Of a stretch of 32,000 bases of DNA, positions 8,084 to 17,314 are shown piece after piece. Each line of letters begins with the position of its first letter. Within the stretch, counting starts at the first letter, position 1. The DNA lies in assembly GCF_000015025.1 (NCBI RefSeq), contig NC_008578.1:90001-122000 (forward strand), in the 5' to 3' direction. The notes below the pieces were generated by a model. That model was given only the letters and a program-made list of their open reading frames with translations, was not told where the DNA came from and did not search any database. This stretch comes from Acidothermus cellulolyticus 11B. Its GTDB lineage: Bacteria > Actinomycetota > Actinomycetes > Acidothermales > Acidothermaceae. The position numbers and the translations under genes were made by a program.

Positions 8084-8896
8084 TTACGAATGCGAGCCGA
8101 ATTCGTCCAGGACGGCGGCCGAGAACCGCGGCCACGCTTCGACCGCCCACGGTCCAAACTCGGTTCCGGCCAACACAGCGCACCCGATCCGGGCAACGGG
8201 GTCGATCCAGAAGAAGCTTCCTGATCGGCCGAAATGGCCGAAGGTCTCCGGCGAATTGGCCGGTGCGGTCCAATGGGGTGTCTTGGCGTCTCGTATCTCA
8301 AACCCCAGCCCCCAGTCGTTCGGCTCCTGCCGGCCAAAGCCGGGCAGGACGCCGCTCAGTCCCGGAAATGCAACACTGCGGGCGGATCGTAGGGTTTCCA
8401 CGGCGACGAGCCGAGGTTCGAGGAGCTCGGCAGCAAAGCGCAGCAGGTCGGTGAGTGGTCCGCGCAGACCGTGGGCTGGGCTGCCAATCAGCCGGGTTCG
8501 CGTCATGCCGAGGGGGGACAGCACGAGGTCCGCAATGATGTTTTCGACGTCCTGACCGGTCCGTTCCGCGAGAAACTCGCCGAGCACTTCGTAACCGGCA
8601 TTGGAATAAATGCGCCGGGTTTCGGGCGCACAGAGCGGCTCACGGGTGTCGGGCCCAAGTCCCGAGGCGTGCGCGAGCAGGTGACGAACCGTGGCGCCGG
8701 GCGGTCCACAGGGCTCGTCGAGGTCGACATGGCCCGCCTCGGCGAGTCGCAGCACGGCGTATGCGAAAACCGGCTTGGTCACCGAGGCCCACGGGCGAAC
8801 CTCATCCGCCGGGCCGGCGGCGGTTTGACGAGGACCTACGACACCGGCCGCCGGAGGCGGAGCAGGCCAGGCGCCGAGCAGGTCAAAGGCCGACAC
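8084..8896 (-). CDS. serine hydrolase, beta-lactamase/transpeptidase-like family
   Basis: 270 aa with the S-x-x-K nucleophile motif (WASVTKPVFAYAV) and a YSNAGY motif typical of class C beta-lactamase/esterase-like proteins. Confidence 0.75.
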   Translation of the reverse strand: MSAFDLLGAWPAPPPAAGVVGPRQTAAGPADEVRPWASVTKPVFAYAVLRLAEAGHVDLDEPCGPPGATVRHLLAHASGLGPDTREPLCAPETRRIYSNAGYEVLGEFLAERTGQDVENIIADLVLSPLGMTRTRLIGSPAHGLRGPLTDLLRFAAELLEPRLVAVETLRSARSVAFPGLSGVLPGFGRQEPNDWGLGFEIRDAKTPHWTAPANSPETFGHFGRSGSFFWIDPVARIGCAVLAGTEFGPWAVEAWPRFSAAVLDEFGSHS

Positions 8897-8923
8897 GTCT
8901 TGGAGCGTATGCCGGCGCTGTTC

Positions 8924-10597
8924 TCACGCTGCCGCGACCCGGTCCCTGCCTTGCTGCTTGGCCGCGTACAGCGCGGAGTCCGCCGTGAGAAGCGCCTCGG
9001 AAAGGTCCATGCCGGGCTGAAACTCCGCGACACCAATGCTCACGCTCACCCGCAAATCTGGAGCGATCTTCTCCCAGGAGAATGCCTTCACAGCCGACCG
9101 GATCCGCTCACCGACCCGGATTCCGGTCTTGCGTGGCGCGCCGTGCAGAACCAGTACGAATTCATCGCCGCCGAATCGCGCGACGACGTCGTCTTCCCGG
9201 CATTCACCGCGCAGAATCGCGGCAATCGACCGCAGCACCTCATCGCCGACCGTGTGGGAGAAGGAATCATTCGTCGTCTTGAAATCGTCGAGGTCGACGA
9301 AGAGGAGCGAGCTGACGGTGTCAGATTTCGCCAATGCCTCGAGCGCCATGTCAAGCGCCCGCCGATTGGCCAGGCCGGTCAGCGCATCACGCAGGGCCTC
9401 ATGCTCGACCCGTTCATTCTCCGCGGCAAGTTCCAGCATCTGCATGCGGACCATGACGTTCTCCAGCCGCCGCTCTCGTTCCCGCCAGAGTGCGTGGGCC
9501 AGGAGGGCCGCCGCGTGCCTCGCATAGTCGAGACCAGGATGGTCGCCGAACCGGCACCGCTCGACCTCCGCAGCGTACAGCGACGTCGTGATGTGCCACT
9601 GCCGAGAGAAACTCGGGTCAGGCAGGCCGGCGGCCACTTCGAGATGGTGCCGCGCCTCCTCAACTCGGCCAAGGCTGCTGCAGGCACGGGCCAGGGCGAG
9701 CCGCAGGATGAGCGCGTCTTCGCCACCCACGCTCCGGGGATCCCCCTCGCACCCTTCCAGAAGGGCGGGGAGGGCGAGCTCCGGTTCGTCCAACGCCGCC
9801 CACGCGGCGCCTTCACAGAGCCGGCCGACGCGGCGCCAGAAGCCGGTGAGTTCTCCCTGCTGTATTCGCATCGCGAACCGCAGCGCCTCGCGAAACCGAG
9901 CGGTCGCTGCGTCCAGCTCACCCATGAGTTCCAGGAGGTTGCCCCAGCGCAAATCATTGCGGGCGCAGACGGCGTCCGCCTGACGGACGAGGAAGACCGA
10001 CGGCTGTGGCAGCCGGGCGCAGCGCCGCAGGTAGGACGAGGCAATTTCAAAGAGCTCAGCGACGCTGGCCGCGTTCGCAACCACGACGAACGCACTCGGC
10101 TCGGCCACCCCCTGTGACTCCAGCCGCGACAGGGTGACCAGCGCGTCGATCAGTTCATCCAGGGCGCGTTCGAACTCGCCACGCGCGAATCGTGCGGTGA
10201 CCAGTTCACCGAGCGCCCGCAAACGTCCGGCGGCATCACCGTGCGCGTCGTAATGCGCGACCAGCTCCTCCGCGACGACGACCGCCTCGTCGATCCGATC
10301 GGCGCTGACCAGCGCGCCCGTCAAGACTTCGCGGACCTGCCAGGCCGTCGCGTCGTCGCCGAACCAACGGGCAAGTGCTTCGTTGGCGAGAATCCGGCGG
10401 ACCGCGCCGTCCGGGTCGACGCCGCAGTGAGCCAGTGCTCGGAACGCGTCGAAGACCAGCCACTGAGCCGGCCCAGCCGCGGTCGGCCGGACCGTGATGG
10501 CCCGGCCGGGCGCCGGCTGGTCGTCTCGAAGCGCCACTGGGAACTCCGCTCCGCTCGCACGCGAATTCGTCGTGAATTCGTGGTTTCTCATCGGCAC
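8924..10597 (-). CDS. cytoplasmic diguanylate cyclase: helical-repeat (TPR-like) N-terminal region plus C-terminal GGDEF domain
   Basis: 557 aa. C-terminal LTGLANRRAL...FVDLDDFKTTND...REDDVVARFGGDEFVLVL, with an intact GGDEF A-site and an RxxD I-site in the canonical register. No TM segment. The start may be the ATG at 10591. Confidence 0.88.
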   Translation of the reverse strand: MPMRNHEFTTNSRASGAEFPVALRDDQPAPGRAITVRPTAAGPAQWLVFDAFRALAHCGVDPDGAVRRILANEALARWFGDDATAWQVREVLTGALVSADRIDEAVVVAEELVAHYDAHGDAAGRLRALGELVTARFARGEFERALDELIDALVTLSRLESQGVAEPSAFVVVANAASVAELFEIASSYLRRCARLPQPSVFLVRQADAVCARNDLRWGNLLELMGELDAATARFREALRFAMRIQQGELTGFWRRVGRLCEGAAWAALDEPELALPALLEGCEGDPRSVGGEDALILRLALARACSSLGRVEEARHHLEVAAGLPDPSFSRQWHITTSLYAAEVERCRFGDHPGLDYARHAAALLAHALWRERERRLENVMVRMQMLELAAENERVEHEALRDALTGLANRRALDMALEALAKSDTVSSLLFVDLDDFKTTNDSFSHTVGDEVLRSIAAILRGECREDDVVARFGGDEFVLVLHGAPRKTGIRVGERIRSAVKAFSWEKIAPDLRVSVSIGVAEFQPGMDLSEALLTADSALYAAKQQGRDRVAAA

Positions 10598-10901
10598 GAT
10601 GCCCGCTCAGCTGGTGAACTTTTCGTCGTTGACTGCGACATAACGGCCACCTGGTTGGCCTAACCCGCCGGTAGCCCTATCGTGCTGTCCGCTGTATGGC
10701 GGAATGCCCGGTACGCACGACGGATGGGCGTGCTCGACTGCCGGCGTGCGGGCTCGGGCGATGCGGCCGCGTACCGGGGTCGCGGCAGGGCGGCGCACCT
10801 GCCGGTGGGCGGGGTGTCGTCGTTCCGTCGCGGAGGGCTGCCGTCCCGGGAGGGTCGCCGTTGCTGCGCATCAGACATTGGTTGCGGGTTGCCGCGCGCG
10901 A

Positions 10902-10931
10902 ATGACATCCGTGTAGTTTGCGGGCTACGAT
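10902..10931 (+). promoter_or_regulatory. candidate housekeeping-sigma promoter for the DUF3263 operon
   Basis: ATGACA (10902..10907), 18-nt spacer, TACGAT (10926..10931). Lies about 55 nt upstream of the DUF3263 ATG. Confidence 0.3.
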
Positions 10932-10987
10932 GAGACGACCGCGAGGCATGGCCGGATCGTTCCGGCTCGATCGTCGAGGAGGTCGCC

Positions 10988-11299
10988 ATGGAGACGGCAG
11001 CACATTCCCTTCGCGACGCGGCTTCCGAGGATCACCATCCGGTCGAGTCAGGGCTGACCGATCTTGAGCGTCGGATTCTGGAATTCGAACGTCAGTGGTG
11101 GAAGTACGCCGGCGCCAAGGAGCAGGCGATGCGCGATCTGTTCGGCATGTCGGCGACGCGTTATTACCAGACGCTCAACGCGCTGATCGATCGTCCCGAG
11201 GCGCTCGCGGCGGACCCGATGCTGGTCAAGCGGCTTCGGCGACTGCGCAGCGCGCGGCAGCGGGCCCGTTCCGCTCGCCGGCTCGGCCTGCAACCCTGA
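10988..11299 (+). CDS. DUF3263 domain-containing protein
   Basis: LTDLERRILEFERQWWKYAGAKEQAMRDLFGMSATRYYQTLNALIDRPEALAADPMLVKRLRRLR matches the conserved DUF3263 pattern. GAGGAGG RBS. Confidence 0.85.
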   Translation: METAAHSLRDAASEDHHPVESGLTDLERRILEFERQWWKYAGAKEQAMRDLFGMSATRYYQTLNALIDRPEALAADPMLVKRLRRLRSARQRARSARRLGLQP

Positions 11300-11321
11300 A
11301 TTCTCGGACCGTGCCGGGTCG

Positions 11322-11954
11322 ATGGCCAGGCTCTCCCAACCGCCCGGTGTCCCGCCCCGATCCGGTGGCGCACATCGTGCACGGCCGACCGGCCATCGGG
11401 GACGACGATTGCTCGGCTCATTCCTTGCAGTGGCGATCGCCGGATTTGGCGTGTGGGCCGCTCTCACCTGGCGAAATCCGTCGCGACCCGCGGAGTCCGC
11501 CGCGACCCGGCCGGCGTCCGCGACATCGGCGTCCGCGATATCCTCAGCCGCTCTGAGATCAACCGGCCCTACCCCCAGCCCGACGGCCGGTTCGTCGACC
11601 TCCGAAGCTTCGACCGCGACCCCGTCGTCGGCCGACTCCACCGTGCCCTCCTCACCTTCGGTATCGATGACGCGACCGGTGGTCGACGTGCTCAACAACA
11701 GCCGCATTCGCGGTCTGGCCGCCAAAGCCGCGAAGGACGTGCAGGCAGCCGGCTGGACCATCGGCACAGTCGGCAATTACTCCGCGCATGTCCTTCCGGC
11801 GACCACGGTCTTCTACCCCGCGGGAGAGCGCGACGCCGCCGAACAACTTGCCGCTGAGTTCCACATTCGCCAGCTGTCTCCTGCTGACCCGCAGATGTCC
11901 GGCGCCCATCTGACCCTGGTCGTGACGAGGGACTGGGACACCCTCGGCGGGTAG
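11322..11954 (+). CDS. membrane-anchored LytR_C (LytR/CpsA/Psr C-terminal) domain protein
   Basis: N-terminal TM anchor (LLGSFLAVAIAGFGVWAALTW), Ser/Thr/Ala/Pro-rich linker, then VDVLNNSRIRGLAAKAAKDVQAAGWTIGTVGNY...TTVFYPAGERDAAEQLA, typical of LytR_C. Confidence 0.8.
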   Translation: MARLSQPPGVPPRSGGAHRARPTGHRGRRLLGSFLAVAIAGFGVWAALTWRNPSRPAESAATRPASATSASAISSAALRSTGPTPSPTAGSSTSEASTATPSSADSTVPSSPSVSMTRPVVDVLNNSRIRGLAAKAAKDVQAAGWTIGTVGNYSAHVLPATTVFYPAGERDAAEQLAAEFHIRQLSPADPQMSGAHLTLVVTRDWDTLGG

Positions 11955-11963
11955 TCTCCCGAC

Positions 11964-12827
11964 GTGACCCACCATCCCGCTTCCACCGACGCCGAGCGGG
12001 TCACGTCGGTCGTCGCAGCAATACGCCACGACCCGGCGCATGTCCTGCTCGCGTCGGACGTCGACGGCACGTTGGCACCGATAGCTCCGCATCCTGCGGC
12101 AGCACGGGTTCATCCGGCGGCCCCGGGGGTGCTTCGCGCTCTTGCCCATCGGTTGGGGGCGATTGCCATCATCACGGGCCGGCCGCCGCTGGACGCCGCC
12201 CGGCTGCTCGGCTTTGCCCGGCCGGACGGCACCCCCGACGACGTGCCGCACACCATCGAGGTCGTTGGGCACTACGGCATGCAGAGGTGGTCCCCGGCGG
12301 ACGGTTTGTCGCCGGTTGCCGCTCCGGAGGCCATTCAACGCGCGCGTCAGCGGGTGGACCAGATCCTTGCCGGCGCGCCGAGCGGGACCCTCCTGGAAGA
12401 CAAGGGCATCGCCCTCGCGCTGCATGTCCGCCAGACCGCGGATCCGCTGTCCGCGCTGGCGCAGCTTCGAGGACCACTCGAGGAGGTGGCTCGGGAGTGC
12501 GGGCTGAGGTTGGAGGCCGGCCGTCTCGTGTGGGAGCTACGGCCGGCTGGGGCCGACAAGGGTTCCGCGCTGCGGCGGCTTGTCGACGTCCATCGGCCCC
12601 GTGTCGTGGTGTACATCGGTGATGATGCGGCCGATCGTGCCGCGTTTGCCGTGATTGCCGAGCTGCCTGAAGTGCTGGGTCTTCGCATCTGCAGTGCATC
12701 GCAGGAGGTATCCGAACTGCGTGCCGTCGCTGACCTGGTGGTTGACGGTCCGGACGGCGTGGTGAGCTGGCTGACTGAGCTTGCGCAGGTACTCGGTGTG
12801 AGCGCCGATGGCTCGCGGACGCCGTGA
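11964..12827 (+). CDS. otsB: trehalose-phosphatase (HAD superfamily)
   Basis: HAD motif I SDVDGTLAP, motif GADKGSAL, motif IV YIGDDAADRAAF. Length and layout typical of OtsB. Confidence 0.8.
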   Translation: MTHHPASTDAERVTSVVAAIRHDPAHVLLASDVDGTLAPIAPHPAAARVHPAAPGVLRALAHRLGAIAIITGRPPLDAARLLGFARPDGTPDDVPHTIEVVGHYGMQRWSPADGLSPVAAPEAIQRARQRVDQILAGAPSGTLLEDKGIALALHVRQTADPLSALAQLRGPLEEVARECGLRLEAGRLVWELRPAGADKGSALRRLVDVHRPRVVVYIGDDAADRAAFAVIAELPEVLGLRICSASQEVSELRAVADLVVDGPDGVVSWLTELAQVLGVSADGSRTP

Positions 12828-12960
12828 CGGCAGACCCGTCCGGCGGGAGGTCGGTGCGAGCGGTCGTCAGATTGAGCCGGTCCGGGCTCCGTGCGCGCGG
12901 CCCGGGGAGTGGTGCGACCAGTCGGGGGCCGGGCACGCCCGGTCGGGGCCCCGTGCGGCA

Positions 12961-12995
12961 ACAAAACGGGGAGCCGAGAGCGCCCGGCTCCCCGT
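12961..12995 (-). terminator. canonical intrinsic terminator on the minus strand with no annotated gene upstream of it
   Basis: Minus strand reads ACGGGGAGCCG-ggcgctct-CGGCTCCCCGT followed directly by TTTGTTG. Perfect 11-bp GC-rich stem. The plus-strand version has no U-tract. Confidence 0.55.
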
Positions 12996-13011
12996 ACCGA
13001 TCAACCTCGGC

Positions 13012-13040
13012 CAGGAGCGTCCCTGCCCGACACGCTCCTG
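13012..13040. other. second perfect hairpin (9-bp stem, 11-nt loop) next to the orphan terminator
   Basis: CAGGAGCGT-ccctgcccgac-ACGCTCCTG. Confidence 0.6.
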
Positions 13041-13257
13041 CCCGCGGCTCCCCTCCGGTGGTTAGAGATTATCGGTTCGGACCATGATTCATGGCCATTC
13101 TCGGAGATTCGCGCCAACTCCGACCAGCCTGATCGTCGCGAGATTGGGGCTACCCCGGCCGGTCGCCGGGAACGGGCGGGACCGGCGGAGACGAAGCCGA
13201 GGGGCGTGTGCATCGCTCGTGCCGGCTCGCTACCCTGAAGGCACAACGGAATACCCG

Positions 13258-13413
13258 CTCATCGAGAGGGGCTGAGGGACCGGCCCGGTGAAGCCCCGGC
13301 AACCGTCACGGCGGTGTGGACGCCGAAGAGGCGCTGGAGTTGCGGCGCCAACGCGAGGCCACGTCGTGATCGGTGCCAAATCCGGCCTGCGGAAGGTCCG
13401 CGGGGAAGATGAG
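13258..13413 (+). promoter_or_regulatory. SAM-I (S-box) riboswitch
   Basis: CTCATCGAGAGGGGCTGAGGGACCGGCCCGGTGAAGCCCCGGCAACC ... GGTGCCAAATCC GGCCTGCGGAAGGTCCGCGGGGAAGATGAG. P1 is CTCATC/GATGAG. The conserved GAGGGA / GGCCC / GCAACC / GTGCCAAATCC core blocks appear in the right order, with an extended P3 and a P4 of CTGCGG/CCGCGG. The SD GGAGGAAGG starts immediately at the P1 3' strand. Confidence 0.88.
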
Positions 13414-13431
13414 GAGGAAGGCCTCGCAACC

Positions 13432-14688
13432 GTGACAGCTGTGTCTGCAACCGATTCGATTCTCGGCAATGCGGCGGCGCTTGCCTGCCGGGAGTGCGGC
13501 GCCCAGTATCCGATCGGCCCCCGGTACGCGTGCGACATGTGCTTCGGGCCCCTTGAGGTCGTCTACGACTATCCGAATATTTGTCGCGACACGATAGAAA
13601 GCGGTCCGCGCAGCATCTGGCGTTACCGCGCGCTCCTGCCGGTGCCGGACGACGTCCTCGACACGCCGAACATGGAACCGGGTTTTACGAAACTCATCCG
13701 CGCGGATAATTTGGCCCGCGAGCTCGGAATGCGCCGGCTTTGGGTGAAAGACGACACCGGGAATCCGACGCATTCGTTCAAGGATCGGGTCGTTGCGGTC
13801 GCGCTGGCTGCGGCGCGGGCTCTCGGATTCCGGGTGCTCGCCTGCCCCTCCACCGGAAATCTCGCCAACGCCGTTGCTGCTGCCGCCGCGCGCGCCGGAA
13901 TCCGGTCGGTCGTTTTCATCCCGGCCGATCTCGAACAGCAGAAAATTGTGACGACGGCGGTGTACGGGGGCACGGTCATCGCGGTCGACGGGACGTACGA
14001 CGACGTCAACCGCCTTGCCACGGAAATCGCCGGCGAAGAAGAGGATTGGGCGTTCGTCAACGTCAATGTGCGGCCGTATTACGCCGAGGGTTCCAAGACC
14101 CTCGGCTACGAAATTGCGGAACAGCTCGGCTGGCGGCTCCCCGAGCAGGTCGTCATTCCCATTGCGTCGGGGTCTCAGCTCACCAAGGTGGACAAGGCCT
14201 TCACCGAGCTGGGCAAACTCGGCCTGGTCGATGCCACGCCGTACCGGGTGTACGGCGCGCAGGCCGAGGGGTGTTCTCCGGTTGCCCAGGCGTTCCGCGC
14301 CGGGCTGGACGTTGTCCGCCCGGTACGCCCGAACACGATTGCGAAATCACTGGCGATTGGGAATCCGGCGGACGGTCCGTACGTGCTTGACGTGTGCCGG
14401 CGTACCGGAGGTGCGGTCGAGGCGGTCAGTGACGAGGAAGTCGTCGACGCCATGCGGCTGCTTGCCCGCACCGAGGGGATTTTCGGCGAGACGGCCGGCG
14501 GGGTGACCCTCGGCGTGCTTCGCAAGCTCCTCGCGAACGGGCAGCTGGATCCGGACGCCGAGACGGTGGTGCTGAACACCGGCGACGGGCTGAAGACGCT
14601 GGACGCCGTCGCGCCCGTGGTGACGCCGTCAGCGACCATCCCGCCGTCCGTCGAAGCGTTCCGCGAAGTGATCGAGCAGCTCTGCTGA
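13432..14688 (+). CDS. thrC: threonine synthase family PLP enzyme with N-terminal zinc ribbon (ThrC-like; true substrate uncertain)
   Basis: 418 aa from the GTG at 13432, which follows the GGAGGAAGG RBS. The track start at 13288 lies inside the riboswitch. Zinc ribbon CRECGAQYPIGPRYACDMCFG. PLP-lysine motif NPTHSFKDRV, and GNLANAVAAAAARAG typical of the ThrC / tryptophan-synthase-beta fold. Confidence 0.85.
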   Translation: MTAVSATDSILGNAAALACRECGAQYPIGPRYACDMCFGPLEVVYDYPNICRDTIESGPRSIWRYRALLPVPDDVLDTPNMEPGFTKLIRADNLARELGMRRLWVKDDTGNPTHSFKDRVVAVALAAARALGFRVLACPSTGNLANAVAAAAARAGIRSVVFIPADLEQQKIVTTAVYGGTVIAVDGTYDDVNRLATEIAGEEEDWAFVNVNVRPYYAEGSKTLGYEIAEQLGWRLPEQVVIPIASGSQLTKVDKAFTELGKLGLVDATPYRVYGAQAEGCSPVAQAFRAGLDVVRPVRPNTIAKSLAIGNPADGPYVLDVCRRTGGAVEAVSDEEVVDAMRLLARTEGIFGETAGGVTLGVLRKLLANGQLDPDAETVVLNTGDGLKTLDAVAPVVTPSATIPPSVEAFREVIEQLC

Positions 14689-14707
14689 GTCTTCCCACCA
14701 CCCCGCG

Positions 14708-14734
14708 CTTGCACTCTCGACCCTTGAGTGCTAA
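14708..14734 (+). promoter_or_regulatory. CIRCE (HrcA operator) copy 1
   Basis: CTTGCACTC-N9-GAGTGCTAA versus the consensus TTAGCACTC-N9-GAGTGCTAA. Confidence 0.85.
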
Positions 14735-14742
14735 ACATGGCG

Positions 14743-16506
<1,764 letters not shown>

Positions 16507-16529
16507 CCGGCGCAAGCGTTACGTCGGTA

Positions 16530-16570
16530 CCGGTGGGGCGGTTCCCAGGAGCCGCCCCACCGGCCTTTTC
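16530..16570 (+). terminator. groEL2 intrinsic terminator
   Basis: CCGGTGGGGCGG-ttcccaggag-CCGCCCCACCGG. Perfect 12-bp stem followed by CCTTTTC. Confidence 0.75.
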
Positions 16571-16654
16571 GCTGCGGACTTCGGTTCGCCGGGAAAGCCC
16601 GGACCGATCGGACGGATGAGCCGATCCGTCCGACCGATGAGCTCGTGAACGCCG

Positions 16655-16948
16655 CTATCCGCGGCCGAAACTCGCGGCGATCTGCCGCTCCGCTTCGGCG
16701 TAGTTGATGCTGGCCTGGTTGAGTAATTGAGCGATCCCGGTGAGCGCCTGGTGCAGTCCCTCGGCCGATTTCTGCCATTCAGCCCACAGCATTTCGAATC
16801 GCTGCTGCGCCATGCCCGCCCAGTCGGTGCCGAGCGGAGCGAGGGCGCCAGCCATCGCCCGCAACTCGCCTTCGATGGTTGCTGAACCGGAGTTCAGGCG
16901 ACCGGAGAGAGTGGCGAGTTGCTCAGGGGTGACACGAATTCCGTTCAT
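16655..16948 (-). CDS. WXG100 family type VII secretion target (97 aa)
   Basis: MNGIRVTPEQLATLSGRLNSGSATIEGELRAMAGALAPLGTDWAGMAQQRFEMLWAEWQKSAEGLHQALTGIAQLLNQASINYAEAERQIAASFGRG. Central W-A-G motif and a C-terminal Y-x-x-x-E motif. GGAGG RBS before the ATG at 16948; the track start at 17026 is a run-on. Confidence 0.85.
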   Translation of the reverse strand: MNGIRVTPEQLATLSGRLNSGSATIEGELRAMAGALAPLGTDWAGMAQQRFEMLWAEWQKSAEGLHQALTGIAQLLNQASINYAEAERQIAASFGRG

Positions 16949-17314
16949 TGCAGCCTCCACGTAGTCGGGTTGGTGCAGACGGTCGAACGGTAGCGGGTGC
17001 CCGGCACCGATGCGTCCGTCATCCACAGCCCGCCGCGGAGTGGCGGTTCGTCCTGTCGATGCGCCGGCGGCTGTGGCGGAGCGGGGCGCTGACCTAGCGG
17101 CGTTGGCGGCCGGTTCGGGCGCGCGGATGCCGACCGAGCAGTGCGCTGGGGCTGCTCTGGAGTTCGGTGCGCCGGCGGCGGTCCTGGAGTCGGCGGGTGT
17201 CGGACCGGGCTGGGGGCTGGCGGCGGGAGGTCCGGAACCGTGCCCGATCCGCGGCAGCGCGCCGGCGTGTTATCGTTCCCCAGAATGGTCTAAACCAATT
17301 TTCGGAGGTTGCTC

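Noticed and set aside
8471-10117. 548-aa plus-strand ORF opposite the GGDEF gene
   Set aside because: Arg/Gly/Pro-rich shadow frame. The minus-strand frame carries the clear GGDEF domain.
10598-10700. Possible c-di-GMP-I (GEMM) riboswitch next to the GGDEF gene, because of GGCCTAACCCGCCGGTAGCCC
   Set aside because: Only a short resemblance to one GEMM segment. The conserved ACGCAAAGC / GNRA-receptor elements are absent on either strand.
12172-12964. Minus-strand ORFs of 254 and 205 aa across otsB and its downstream region
   Set aside because: Arg/Pro/Ala low-complexity products, antisense to otsB, with no RBS or motifs.
12966-13040. 6C RNA (two hairpins with C-rich loops) on the plus strand
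   Set aside because: Only one loop (ccctgcccgac) is C-rich. The other is agagcgcc, and there is no plus-strand U-tract. The minus-strand terminator reading fits better.
13288-13431. The first 48 codons of the track's threonine synthase ORF
   Set aside because: This stretch is the SAM riboswitch. The real start is the GTG at 13432, behind the GGAGGAAGG RBS.
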